DNA of 64,000 bases from Nibricoccus sp. Its GTDB lineage: Bacteria; Verrucomicrobiota; Verrucomicrobiia; Opitutales; Opitutaceae. The notes beneath the pieces were generated by a model. The model had not been told where the DNA came from. It worked only from the letters and a program-made list of their open reading frames with translations, and searched no databases. This document shows positions 55,376 to 64,000 of the stretch, piece after piece (the stretch's first letter is position 1; each line of letters starts with the position of its first letter). The position numbers were made by a program, and so were the translations under genes. The stretch is taken from the NCBI GenBank assembly GCA_047602425.1, contig JASGHG010000001.1, positions 3,200,001 to 3,264,000 of the forward strand. The letters are read 5' to 3'.

Positions 55376-56884
55376 TTGAAATTCTTCAGGAAAAATCTGT
55401 CTTTTTGTATCGCCCTGGTGGTTGGGGCTTGGGCATGCCCGGCCTCGGCGCAACCGGCGGAGGCGAAACCCCTCGCCCCAGCGGCGGATCCGGATGAAGT
55501 GCTTCGCGCCGCGCTTCCGGAAAACGCATTGCCGGATTTGAAGGCAGCACTTGAACGAGGAATGAGCCAGTCGTCGCAGGTGATCGGCCGACTCCTCGAC
55601 CTCGACCAAGCAAGGGCCAGCGAAAAACAGGCGCGTTCCCCGATGCTGCCATATGCTTCGGCCTCGGTCGGTTTGGGCGTTGCGCGAAATCGTTACGACT
55701 ACGATGCCTACCCAATCAAGAATTCAAATGGCGAACAGCAGTATGATGAAAATGGTCTGCCGAAGATGCAGCCAGCCGACTCGTCGACCGCGGTTGTGCA
55801 GGATTTATCCTACAACGCAGGCATGAGCCAGCCGGTTTATCACTGGGGCGCGCTGAAAAAAAACTACCAGTCGGCCCAACTCCAGAAGGCCATCGCGACA
55901 CGCAACGTGGAGGAAATCCGCCGCACGTTGGCTAACGAGATTCGACGCGCTTACTTCAACCTTATCGCAGCTTCGAATGCGCTCGAGGTTGAAAAAACGA
56001 CGCTGGCTAAATTTGAGGAGGAACGCGATTTTTTCCAAAAGCAGTCGAAGGACGGCTTTGTGACGGCAAGTATCGCGAGTTCGGCCGAAACGAGGGTCGA
56101 GGATTACAAACTTACGATGCAACGTTCGCGAAACGCCTTCGAGGCGCAATGGAACGCTTTTTGCGATCTGACCGGGCTCGAACGTGGCGCGCCGATCCCG
56201 GTTTTTCCGAAAGAGATTCCGGCCGTGAGCGCGGAAGTAAAACCGATTTTGCCCAAGCTGGCGCCCGATCCAGGTCCATATACGCCGATCAATTTGCAAA
56301 ACGCAGAAGACAATGTGCGTGTTGAAAAATTGAACTACGAAATAGCCGCCACGCGCTTGCGGCCGAAACTCAATATGGGCCTCAATGCGAATCGCGGTTA
56401 CCATTCTCCCGACACAGCGGTTGGTTTCGGTGGACCTTATATGCTGACGAGTGTAGGCGTCAGCGCGAACGTGAGTTGGGCGATCTTCGATGGTTTTAGT
56501 ACTTCGGCCGCGAAGCAGACCTACAAAATCCGCCAGCGCCAACAGGAGCGTACGCGCGATCAGGCAAAGAAAGACTACGACGAAACGCTGAAAACCAATT
56601 TGACGAATTTGCGCCTGAACCTGAAGCCTTTGGAAACGGCCGATCTCGGTCTGACCAGTGCGCGCGACAGTGTCACAACCGCGCAAAAGGACTATGAACT
56701 CGGCGTCGTTCAAAAGCAGACGGTCGACACTTATCAAACCTACGTCGACAGCGCCTTGGCGGCTGCCAATAACGCCCGAGCCGACTACTACATCCAAATC
56801 GCCACTTATCTTTCGCTGCGTGGCAAGGATCCGGCGGTCAACTACCGGCCAGGACAAAAATTTTCCGATGCGTCTAAAAAATAA
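55376..56884 (+). CDS. TolC-family outer membrane efflux protein
   Basis: Signal peptide, duplicated OEP pattern (SQPVYHWG; SWAIFDGF), AYFNL. TTG 55376 preferred. Confidence 0.85.
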   Translation: MKFFRKNLSFCIALVVGAWACPASAQPAEAKPLAPAADPDEVLRAALPENALPDLKAALERGMSQSSQVIGRLLDLDQARASEKQARSPMLPYASASVGLGVARNRYDYDAYPIKNSNGEQQYDENGLPKMQPADSSTAVVQDLSYNAGMSQPVYHWGALKKNYQSAQLQKAIATRNVEEIRRTLANEIRRAYFNLIAASNALEVEKTTLAKFEEERDFFQKQSKDGFVTASIASSAETRVEDYKLTMQRSRNAFEAQWNAFCDLTGLERGAPIPVFPKEIPAVSAEVKPILPKLAPDPGPYTPINLQNAEDNVRVEKLNYEIAATRLRPKLNMGLNANRGYHSPDTAVGFGGPYMLTSVGVSANVSWAIFDGFSTSAAKQTYKIRQRQQERTRDQAKKDYDETLKTNLTNLRLNLKPLETADLGLTSARDSVTTAQKDYELGVVQKQTVDTYQTYVDSALAAANNARADYYIQIATYLSLRGKDPAVNYRPGQKFSDASKK

Positions 56885-57989
56885 AATCATTACTTTCGCG
56901 GCAATTACCGCGCTAGCCGCAGGAGGTTGGTTCGGCTATCAGCAATTCGTGCCCGAGGCCATGGTCGCCCGTGTTGTCCGTGGCACCGCTGTGCAAGCCG
57001 TGCCGGCCAATGTCATTGTCTTTCCTGAATCGATCATGGAGATCAAGGCCGAGCATGGCGGCCGCGTGTTGAAACGGCTCGCGAAAAAAGGCCAGAACGT
57101 AAAGGAGGGCGATATCCTGTTCGAAATCGATGGCACCGATCTGCAAATCGAGATCGAGCGCATCGAAATCGACCAAAAGGCCACGAAGGCGCGCATTGAA
57201 CTGGGCTCGCCACTGCGCTTCGACATCGCCAATGCGGAGGAGAATGTGAAGAAGAACACGCGTTTGTTCGAGACTGGCCGTTTGGCTCAAATCGAGTTCG
57301 ACCAAATCAAACGCAATTTGGAAATCCTGAAAGATCGGTTAAAGAACGAGGAAATTTCCAACGCGCAGACGCTTTCCAATTTCGAAAACACACTGAAAAA
57401 AAACCGCCGTGCGCTCGAAAAAATGAAAGTTCTCGCACCCGCCGATGGCACGGTGATCGATCTTAATGCCGAGCCCGGCGACTTGATCGGCGGAAACCAG
57501 ACTCTGGCGCGTGTGATTTCGAAAACACGTCGAGTCGAGGCGCAGATCAGCGAGGAAAACATCGCCGGCGTCCGGCCCGGCTTGCTTGTCGCTGTGTATT
57601 TGCTCGGGTACTACGGCGAACGTTTCACCGGCAAGGTCGAGGGGGTTCTCGCCAGCGCCGACGAACGCACGAAACGTTACACGGCCTATCTTAACCTCGA
57701 CATTCCGTTGGAGCGTTTGACTCCCGGCCTGACGGGCGAAGCGAGCATCACCGTCGACCAGCGTGAAAACACCCTCACGGTCGAGCGTCGCGCGCTGATG
57801 GGCAGCAAACTCTATCTGGTGCGCGGCGGCCGTGTGCAAATCACGCCGATCGAGATGGGTTTCAACAACCAGAAATTTGCCGAAATTCAGTCCGGAGCTA
57901 AAGAGGGCGACGAGTATATCGTCGATGATCTTTCCGGCTTCCGCGACGGTCAGCGCATTCGCACCAAGCGCGAAACGATCGCCAAATAA
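56868..57989 (+). CDS. Periplasmic adaptor (membrane fusion) subunit
   Basis: N-terminal TM, GRV...GQNVKEGDILF lipoyl half, coiled coil, APADGTV, LTPGLT. Confidence 0.9.
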   Translation: MRLKNKIITFAAITALAAGGWFGYQQFVPEAMVARVVRGTAVQAVPANVIVFPESIMEIKAEHGGRVLKRLAKKGQNVKEGDILFEIDGTDLQIEIERIEIDQKATKARIELGSPLRFDIANAEENVKKNTRLFETGRLAQIEFDQIKRNLEILKDRLKNEEISNAQTLSNFENTLKKNRRALEKMKVLAPADGTVIDLNAEPGDLIGGNQTLARVISKTRRVEAQISEENIAGVRPGLLVAVYLLGYYGERFTGKVEGVLASADERTKRYTAYLNLDIPLERLTPGLTGEASITVDQRENTLTVERRALMGSKLYLVRGGRVQITPIEMGFNNQKFAEIQSGAKEGDEYIVDDLSGFRDGQRIRTKRETIAK

Positions 57990-59243
57990 ATGCCCACGAC
58001 GCTGCGTATTGCTCTGCGGTTCTTGCTCGCGAAGCGGCGTGCCATGGCGATGAGCCTGACCGGCATCGCACTCGGTGTGGGCTTTATCGTGCTCACGCAG
58101 GCGATCACGACAGGTTTCCAGGCATTTTTCATTCAGACGATTCTCGGTGCCGACGGCGCGATTCGCGTGGAGGACAAGGTTCAAATTAGCAACGTCGACA
58201 TCGAGGTCGAAACCGCGGGTGGCAAGTCCGCAGCCGCTTCCGTCAAAGCTGAAAGCAACCGCAAATACCTCGAAGGTGTTTACGAACCGCGATTGCAGAT
58301 CGAGGCGATCAAAACCCTTCCCGATGTGCGTGGCGTATCTGAAGTGGTGCGCGGCAATGTTCTTATCCAGTCCGCCACGCGCGAGGAATCGGCGCAGGTT
58401 TTCGGCATCAAACTCGAAGACCATCTGACAGTTTCCGATCTCGACCGGCAGATTGTGATTGGCAGTGCGACAGAGTTTCGTGAATCGCCCTCGGGGGTCA
58501 TGATCGGCAAAGTTCTCGCCGAACGTCTTAAGGCCCGACTGGGCGATTCTGTGCTCATTGCGTACGCGGGTGTTTCCACACGCTACAAAATCACCGCCAT
58601 TTACGAGACGGGTGTGCGCGACATCGACAAGACGCGAATTTTTATGCACCTCGGCGAGGCCCGTACGCTGCTCAAGCGGCCTTTCGGCGCGACGTTTTTG
58701 CAGGTGAGTTTGCACACGCCCGATCGGGCGCCTGCGCTGGCGAATGTGATCGGCGATATCACGGGTCACCGCGCAACGAGTTGGAAGGAGCGCGAGCAAG
58801 TCTGGCTGCAAGTGTTCACATTTTTCCGCATCCTCGCAGGAATCACGGTTTCCACGATCATCATCGTTTCCGGCCTCGGCATGTTCAATACGCTCGCGAT
58901 GATAGTCATGGAGAAGACCAAGGAAATCGCGATTCTGCGCTCGATGGGTTACACACGGCGCGACATCGCCTCGACCTTCATGATGCAAGGTCTGCTCGTG
59001 CTTGGCGCGGGCTTGTTGTTGGGGTGGACGTTTGGCGCGCTGAGCACGTGGATAACTGAAAACATTCCCATCAAAGTCACGGGTATTTTCACCACCGACC
59101 ACGTCGTGGTGGAGTGGGATTACTGGCACTACCTTGGCGCAGGCTTGGCCGCAGCGGTCGTCGTCATGATCGCCAGTTGGTTCCCGGCTCGCAAAGCCGC
59201 GCATATGGAACCGGCTGACATTATTCGGGGAGCTTCGCAATGA
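57990..59243 (+). CDS. ABC transporter permease, LolC/E-MacB family
   Basis: IALRFL, GIALGV, EKTKEIAILRSMG, PARKAA. Confidence 0.9.
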   Translation: MPTTLRIALRFLLAKRRAMAMSLTGIALGVGFIVLTQAITTGFQAFFIQTILGADGAIRVEDKVQISNVDIEVETAGGKSAAASVKAESNRKYLEGVYEPRLQIEAIKTLPDVRGVSEVVRGNVLIQSATREESAQVFGIKLEDHLTVSDLDRQIVIGSATEFRESPSGVMIGKVLAERLKARLGDSVLIAYAGVSTRYKITAIYETGVRDIDKTRIFMHLGEARTLLKRPFGATFLQVSLHTPDRAPALANVIGDITGHRATSWKEREQVWLQVFTFFRILAGITVSTIIIVSGLGMFNTLAMIVMEKTKEIAILRSMGYTRRDIASTFMMQGLLVLGAGLLLGWTFGALSTWITENIPIKVTGIFTTDHVVVEWDYWHYLGAGLAAAVVVMIASWFPARKAAHMEPADIIRGASQ

Positions 59244-59968
59244 GCGACACACCGCAAACTCCTGCTACCGCCAAAAAGCCGTTGCCGCAGCCCGGCTCCG
59301 TGGCGATTCGTTGTGCGAAGCTCACGCGTTATCTTGGTCAGGGCGAGGGGAGGGTGCATGTTTTGCGCGAAGTTTCCTTCGAGGCCACGGCGGGCACCGT
59401 CACGGCGATCGTCGGTCCGTCGGGTTGCGGCAAGAGCACGCTGCTCTATTTGCTCGGACTTCTCGACCGTCCCGAAGGCGGCGAAATCTGGATCGGCGGC
59501 AAAAATCTTGCCCATGCCGACGACGAACAGCGCACCGCCACGCGCAATGAGCACATAGGTTTCGTTTTTCAATTTCACTTTCTGCTGCCCGAGTTCACCG
59601 CGCTCGAAAATGTGATGCTGCCGATGCAGAAACTCGGTCGCCTGCCGCGGACCGAGATGATTTCGCGGGCAACGAAGCTCCTGGCCGACGTGGGCCTCGG
59701 TGAAAAAACACACCGCCTCGCCACGCAGCTCTCCGGCGGCGAACAACAACGCGTCGCCATCGCGCGCGCGCTCGCGAATCAGCCTTCGATCATCCTCGCC
59801 GACGAACCGACGGGAAATCTCGACGTGAAAAATTCCGCGATCGTTTTCGATCTACTCACGCGTCTCGCGAAGGAGAATGGCCAGGCAATCGTGCTTGTCA
59901 CCCATAACCCGGAGATCGCCAACAAATGCGACGCGGTTCGCCCGATGCGTGACGGCGTGTTTATCTGA
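59240..59968 (+). CDS. ABC transporter ATPase, LolD-like
   Basis: GPSGCGKST, GFVFQ, LSGGEQQR, LADEPTGNLD, VTH. Confidence 0.92.
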   Translation: MSDTPQTPATAKKPLPQPGSVAIRCAKLTRYLGQGEGRVHVLREVSFEATAGTVTAIVGPSGCGKSTLLYLLGLLDRPEGGEIWIGGKNLAHADDEQRTATRNEHIGFVFQFHFLLPEFTALENVMLPMQKLGRLPRTEMISRATKLLADVGLGEKTHRLATQLSGGEQQRVAIARALANQPSIILADEPTGNLDVKNSAIVFDLLTRLAKENGQAIVLVTHNPEIANKCDAVRPMRDGVFI

Positions 59969-60204
59969 TAGCTGCCGAGGTCAAATGCGTCGCGAGCAGT
60001 TTAGTTAATGGAGCGGTTTCCTATTAGTTCTGTTTCCATCGATTGAACTTCTGCCTGCGATAAGCAAAAACGAAGGCTTGGCTGTCGGGCTAGTAGTTTT
60101 CTATGTAATGGCGTTTGCTATTAGAGAATTTGGTTTACATGGATTTTCTGTCCGACTTCGTTGCACCACTAAACTTTAACCACTGAATCTAGCCTTTCTA
60201 CCCT

Positions 60205-60393
60205 GTGAGCTCACACACCACGCGTAAATCATTTCTGGCTCAGATGCTTGGAGTGCTCGCGAGCGTTGGCCTCGCTTCCAAGCTGGTCGCTCGTCCGGCG
60301 GCTGCCGCCACGCAAACCGCGACCGAATCCGCCACTCCTGTGAAGGTGAGTGCCGAACCGCGCGCCGTGGCTCGCTCGCAAGATTCAGTCTGA
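60205..60393 (+). CDS. Small protein consisting largely of a Tat-like signal
   Basis: TTRKSFL plus hydrophobic stretch and Ala-rich cleavage-like site; 37 nt upstream of actA. Confidence 0.55.
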   Translation: MSSHTTRKSFLAQMLGVLASVGLASKLVARPAAAATQTATESATPVKVSAEPRAVARSQDSV

Positions 60394-60430
60394 TTTTTCA
60401 GTCGTTTCCCAACCGTAGAACCAACGGCCC

Positions 60431-61096
60431 ATGTCGAAAATTTTCCCGAAATCGGCCAACCGCCTCCCGCTTCAGATCATTATTTTTGTGATCGTGCTCG
60501 CCGGGGTGGTGACCGCAGCCACCACGTATTACGCGACGCCGAAGTATACACGCGTTGGTTATGCCCCGGTCCAACCGGTGCCATACAGTCACGCGCTTCA
60601 CGTCGACAAACTCGGCCTCGATTGCCGCTACTGCCACTCGAATGTCGAGAAATCGGGCGTGGCCAATCTCCCGACCGCGCAGACCTGCATGAACTGTCAT
60701 GGCACGGTCAAGGCCGACAGTCCGCTTCTCGCGCCTGTGCGCGCTGCCTTCCAATCCGGCGAACCGCTTCAATGGGTGCGCGTTCATCAACTGCCCGACT
60801 ACGTCTATTTCAACCATTCCGTTCACGTCAGCCGCGGTGTTTCCTGTGTGAGTTGCCACGGAAAGATCAACGAAATGGAAACCGTTTATCATGCGAAGTC
60901 GCTGAGCATGGGTTTCTGCCTCGATTGTCATCGCAACCCGCAGGCCAACGTCCGCCCGCCTGACCAAGTCACCAATCTCAACTGGGATCCGTCGCAGACG
61001 AAGATCGACGGCAAAACTCACGCCGAATGGGCCGCTGAGTTTGTGAAGAACAACAAGATCAAGCCTCCGCAAAGCTGCACCGGCTGCCACCGATGA
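60431..61096 (+). CDS. actA: Alternative complex III pentaheme cytochrome c subunit
   Basis: N-terminal TM, QPVPYSHALH, five CxxCH (CRYCH, CMNCH, CVSCH, CLDCH, CTGCH), YVYFNHSVH. Confidence 0.92.
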   Translation: MSKIFPKSANRLPLQIIIFVIVLAGVVTAATTYYATPKYTRVGYAPVQPVPYSHALHVDKLGLDCRYCHSNVEKSGVANLPTAQTCMNCHGTVKADSPLLAPVRAAFQSGEPLQWVRVHQLPDYVYFNHSVHVSRGVSCVSCHGKINEMETVYHAKSLSMGFCLDCHRNPQANVRPPDQVTNLNWDPSQTKIDGKTHAEWAAEFVKNNKIKPPQSCTGCHR

Positions 61097-64000
61097 AACG
61101 AAAATTTGATCATTCCCCGAAGGCCGTAAACCCTTCGAACGGCGCCCCTGCCGAAGCTGAACTGACCGGTCGCAAATACTGGCGCAGCCTCGACGAACTG
61201 GCGGCCACACCCGGCTTCCAGGAACATCTCGAACGCGAATTCCCCGAGGGCGCGTCCACGCTCGATGGCGTCGATCGCCGGAAATTTTTCAAGTTGATGG
61301 CTGCGTCCTTCGCCCTCGGTGGCGTGGGCCTGGCTGCTGGTTGCCGTCGTCCGGAGGCGTACATTTTGCCCTACGGAAAATCCGTCGAGGAAATCATTCC
61401 GGGCCTCCCGCTGTATTTCGCCACGGCCATGCCGCTGCGCAAATCCGCCATCCCGCTCCTCGCTGAGACACACCAGGGTCGCCCGACGAAACTCGAAGGC
61501 AACCCCACTTATGCACCGCATGGCAGCGCCAGCTCTTTGATTGCGCAGGCGTCGATTCTCGATCTTTACGATCCCGACCGCTCCACCACCCATACCATCG
61601 GTGGAAACGTCGCGACTCCGGCTGAGATCCAGGACAAACTTGCCGCTATCGGCAAAGCCCATGCCGCCAACGGCGGGGCCGGTCTCGCTTTTCTCGCCGA
61701 CGAATCCAGTTCTCCCACTCGTGCCGCGCTGGTCGCGAAACTGAAGGCGAAATTCCCGAAAGCGCTTTGGGCCGAGTACGAGCCCGTGGTTGACGAACCA
61801 CCTGTTGCCGCCGCGAAAGCTTCCTTCGGTCGTTCGGTTAAACCAATTTACCGTTTCGCGAAGGCCAAGCGTATCCTTTCCTTGGATGCGGATTTCTTCC
61901 ACGCCGAGGCCGGCAGCATTTATTACGCCCGCGAGTTCGCCAAAGGCCGCCGCGTTGCCTCGAAGAACGATGAGATGAACCGCCTCTACGTCGCGGAAAG
62001 TCACCTCACGCTCACGGGCGGCATGGCCGATCACCGTTTGCGGGTTGCGACGAGCCATATGCTCGCCGTCGCGGCCGCGGTCGCCTCCGTCATCGTGCCG
62101 GAGGTCGAAAGTGCTCTCCGCTCCTATATCCACGGCACACCGCTCAATACAAAGTGGATCGAGGAATGTGCCCGCGACCTGCTCGGCCATCGTGGCGAGA
62201 GCCTGATCATTGCCGGCGCTCATCTGCCGGCCGAGGTCCATGCCATTGTTCACGGCCTCAACTGGCAACTTGGCAACGCCGGCAAAACCGTCGACTACGT
62301 CGAAGTCGAAACGCCTTCCGCCGCGTCGATTTCCGATCTCGCTTCGTCGATTAAGGCTGGTTCGGTCAAGACCCTGGTCATCCTCGGAGGCAACCCCGCT
62401 TACAACGCCCCGGCCGATCTCGATTGGACGGTGCTGCAAGCTTCGGTCCCCGAGGTAATCCGTTACGGCTATTACATTGACGAGACGTCGCTCGCAAAAT
62501 CCGCGACGACCACGCATGTCTCCGCCGCACATTATCTCGAATCCTGGGGCGATGCCCGCACGGCCGACGGCACGATCGTGCCGGTGCAGCCGATGATTCT
62601 GCCGCTTTTCAACGGTCTGACGCAGATCGAAGTGCTCGCGCGCATCCTCGGTGAAACCACGACCGATCCCTACACCCTCGTTCATCAAACGATCACGACC
62701 ATTGCTGGCGGGGACGCCACCGCGGTCTTCCGAAAGTTTTTGCACGACGGCCTGCTCGAAGGTTCCGCCTATCCGGTGGTTTCGGTTCAGTTTAGTCGCG
62801 ACTCCGCGCGCGCCGTTTTCAAGGCCGCGCCCAAGGTGGTCGAACTCTCCAGATCGTCCCTCGAAGTCCGTTTCGTCGCCGATCACAAGATGGATGACGG
62901 TCGTTTTGCGAACAACGGCTGGCTTCAGGAATGTCCGGATCCGATTACGAAAATCTCCTGGGATAATGCGATTCTCGTCAGCCCGGTGCTTGGACGTGAA
63001 CTCGGTATTTATCCGGGCGGCGCCTTGTTGCAGGTTGCCCGTGTTGAAGAGGCCGAATTTGTTCGCGGTCGCGAAAACTCGTTTATCGGCGAACTGACGA
63101 TCGACGGCCGCAAGATCCGCGGTCCGCTTCACATCCAGCCCGGCCTCGCGAACTACACTGTGGTTCTTCCGCTTGGTTACGGTCGCACCGTTTCCGGCCA
63201 CGTCGGCAATAAACAGGGCTTTAATGCGTATCCGGTTCGCACGTCCGCCGCATTGAACGTCGCCACGGGCGGAACGCTGGTGAAGACCGACGAGCGCTAC
63301 CAACTCGCCAACACGCAGGAACATTGGTCGATGGAAGGCCGCGACATCGTGCGCGAAGCCAACTTCGACGAGTACAAGACAAACCCCGCGTTCGTGAAAG
63401 ACATCGGCATGGAATCGCATTCGCCGAAGGTCCTTGGCGAAGAGGGCGCCCGCCGCGCTGGCGAAACCGAAGAAGCTTACCAAAAGCGTATCCACAGCGG
63501 CGCTACAGCGGGTATTCTTCCACGCGGTCAGTCGCTCTACGAGACGCCTGCGCTCACTGGCGAACATCAGTGGGGCATGAGCATTGATCTCAATGTCTGC
63601 TCCGGCTGCAACGCCTGCGTCATCGCCTGCCAGGCCGAAAACAATATTCCGATCGTCGGCAAGGATCAGGTCCTTCGCGGCCGCGAAATGCACTGGATTC
63701 GTTTGGATCGCTATTACTCCGACGGCCAGGCCGATGGCGCCGCGTTCGGTGGCGAAGGCAACAAACAGTTGCCCGAAGATCCCCAAGTTTCCCTGCAACC
63801 GGTGGCGTGCGCCCAATGCGAGCTGGCGCCCTGCGAAACCGTGTGCCCGGTCAACGCGACCGTTCACGACGAAGAAGGCCTCAATGCGATGGCCTACAAC
63901 CGCTGCATTGGTACCCGTTATTGCGCGAACAACTGTCCGTACAAGGTCAGGCGTTTTAATTTCTTCGATTGGAATAACCGCAAGCTCGACAGCCTCTACA
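61093..64000 (+). CDS. actB: Alternative complex III subunit B (molybdopterin-oxidoreductase-like plus Fe-S domain), runs off window end
   Basis: Manual translation from ATG 61093: KYWRSLDEL, Tat motif VDRRKFFK, lipobox-like AAGC, GRPTKLEGNP, MNRLY, CSGCNACVIAC, CAQCELAPCETVCP, CIGTRYCANNCPY. Confidence 0.93.
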   Translation, partial: MKRKFDHSPKAVNPSNGAPAEAELTGRKYWRSLDELAATPGFQEHLEREFPEGASTLDGVDRRKFFKLMAASFALGGVGLAAGCRRPEAYILPYGKSVEEIIPGLPLYFATAMPLRKSAIPLLAETHQGRPTKLEGNPTYAPHGSASSLIAQASILDLYDPDRSTTHTIGGNVATPAEIQDKLAAIGKAHAANGGAGLAFLADESSSPTRAALVAKLKAKFPKALWAEYEPVVDEPPVAAAKASFGRSVKPIYRFAKAKRILSLDADFFHAEAGSIYYAREFAKGRRVASKNDEMNRLYVAESHLTLTGGMADHRLRVATSHMLAVAAAVASVIVPEVESALRSYIHGTPLNTKWIEECARDLLGHRGESLIIAGAHLPAEVHAIVHGLNWQLGNAGKTVDYVEVETPSAASISDLASSIKAGSVKTLVILGGNPAYNAPADLDWTVLQASVPEVIRYGYYIDETSLAKSATTTHVSAAHYLESWGDARTADGTIVPVQPMILPLFNGLTQIEVLARILGETTTDPYTLVHQTITTIAGGDATAVFRKFLHDGLLEGSAYPVVSVQFSRDSARAVFKAAPKVVELSRSSLEVRFVADHKMDDGRFANNGWLQECPDPITKISWDNAILVSPVLGRELGIYPGGALLQVARVEEAEFVRGRENSFIGELTIDGRKIRGPLHIQPGLANYTVVLPLGYGRTVSGHVGNKQGFNAYPVRTSAALNVATGGTLVKTDERYQLANTQEHWSMEGRDIVREANFDEYKTNPAFVKDIGMESHSPKVLGEEGARRAGETEEAYQKRIHSGATAGILPRGQSLYETPALTGEHQWGMSIDLNVCSGCNACVIACQAENNIPIVGKDQVLRGREMHWIRLDRYYSDGQADGAAFGGEGNKQLPEDPQVSLQPVACAQCELAPCETVCPVNATVHDEEGLNAMAYNRCIGTRYCANNCPYKVRRFNFFDWNNRKLDSLY

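Noticed and set aside
57339..59252. 637-aa minus-strand ORF and similar long antisense ORFs (e.g. 7404-8336, 9561-10694, 24622-25650, 26356-27516, 27772-28803, 30977-32272, 50014-51435, 55805-56890)
   Set aside because: All lie opposite well-supported genes, show no motifs, and are expected from GC-rich codon bias.
57990..59968. Calling the ABC pair lolCDE
   Set aside because: Co-transcribed with TolC and an adaptor, which fits a MacAB-TolC-like exporter; symbol withheld.
61018..63867. 949-aa minus-strand ORF
   Set aside because: Antisense shadow of actB, whose plus-strand frame carries all the motifs and is missing from the track only because it has no stop in the window.

Overview
GC-rich bacterial chromosome segment, most consistent with Verrucomicrobiota/Opitutaceae (inferred from gene content and protein style, not from a search). 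In order: partial mutY and divergent rnhC; a ~15 kb pectin locus (TonB receptor with no SusD partner, a 1774-aa Ig-studded CE8+PL1 enzyme with a 51-Ser linker and GlyGly-CTERM-like tail, a PL1, a CE12, two tandem CE8 paralogs, a CE12-CE8 fusion), three of whose promoters share a LacI-like palindrome; a sulfur-scavenging operon (YezD-like, degenerate M14-like, sulfate-binding protein, FAD oxidoreductase) with tandem Rrf2-like boxes; a compact group II Mo-nitrogenase cluster (sigma54 activator, draT, draG, nifHDK, GNAT, nifENB, ferredoxin, nifV) with back-to-back sigma54 promoters; an accessory block (orphans, topoisomerase III, TIGR03118-like protein, two-component system, second TonB receptor, degenerate ParB-like orphan); then trpS, marC, methyltransferase-wzt-wzm, a TolC/MFP/ABC exporter and the start of an alternative complex III operon (actA, partial actB). 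No tRNA, rRNA, CRISPR array or transposase was recognised. All calls are from motif reading only, and several start codons are uncertain.
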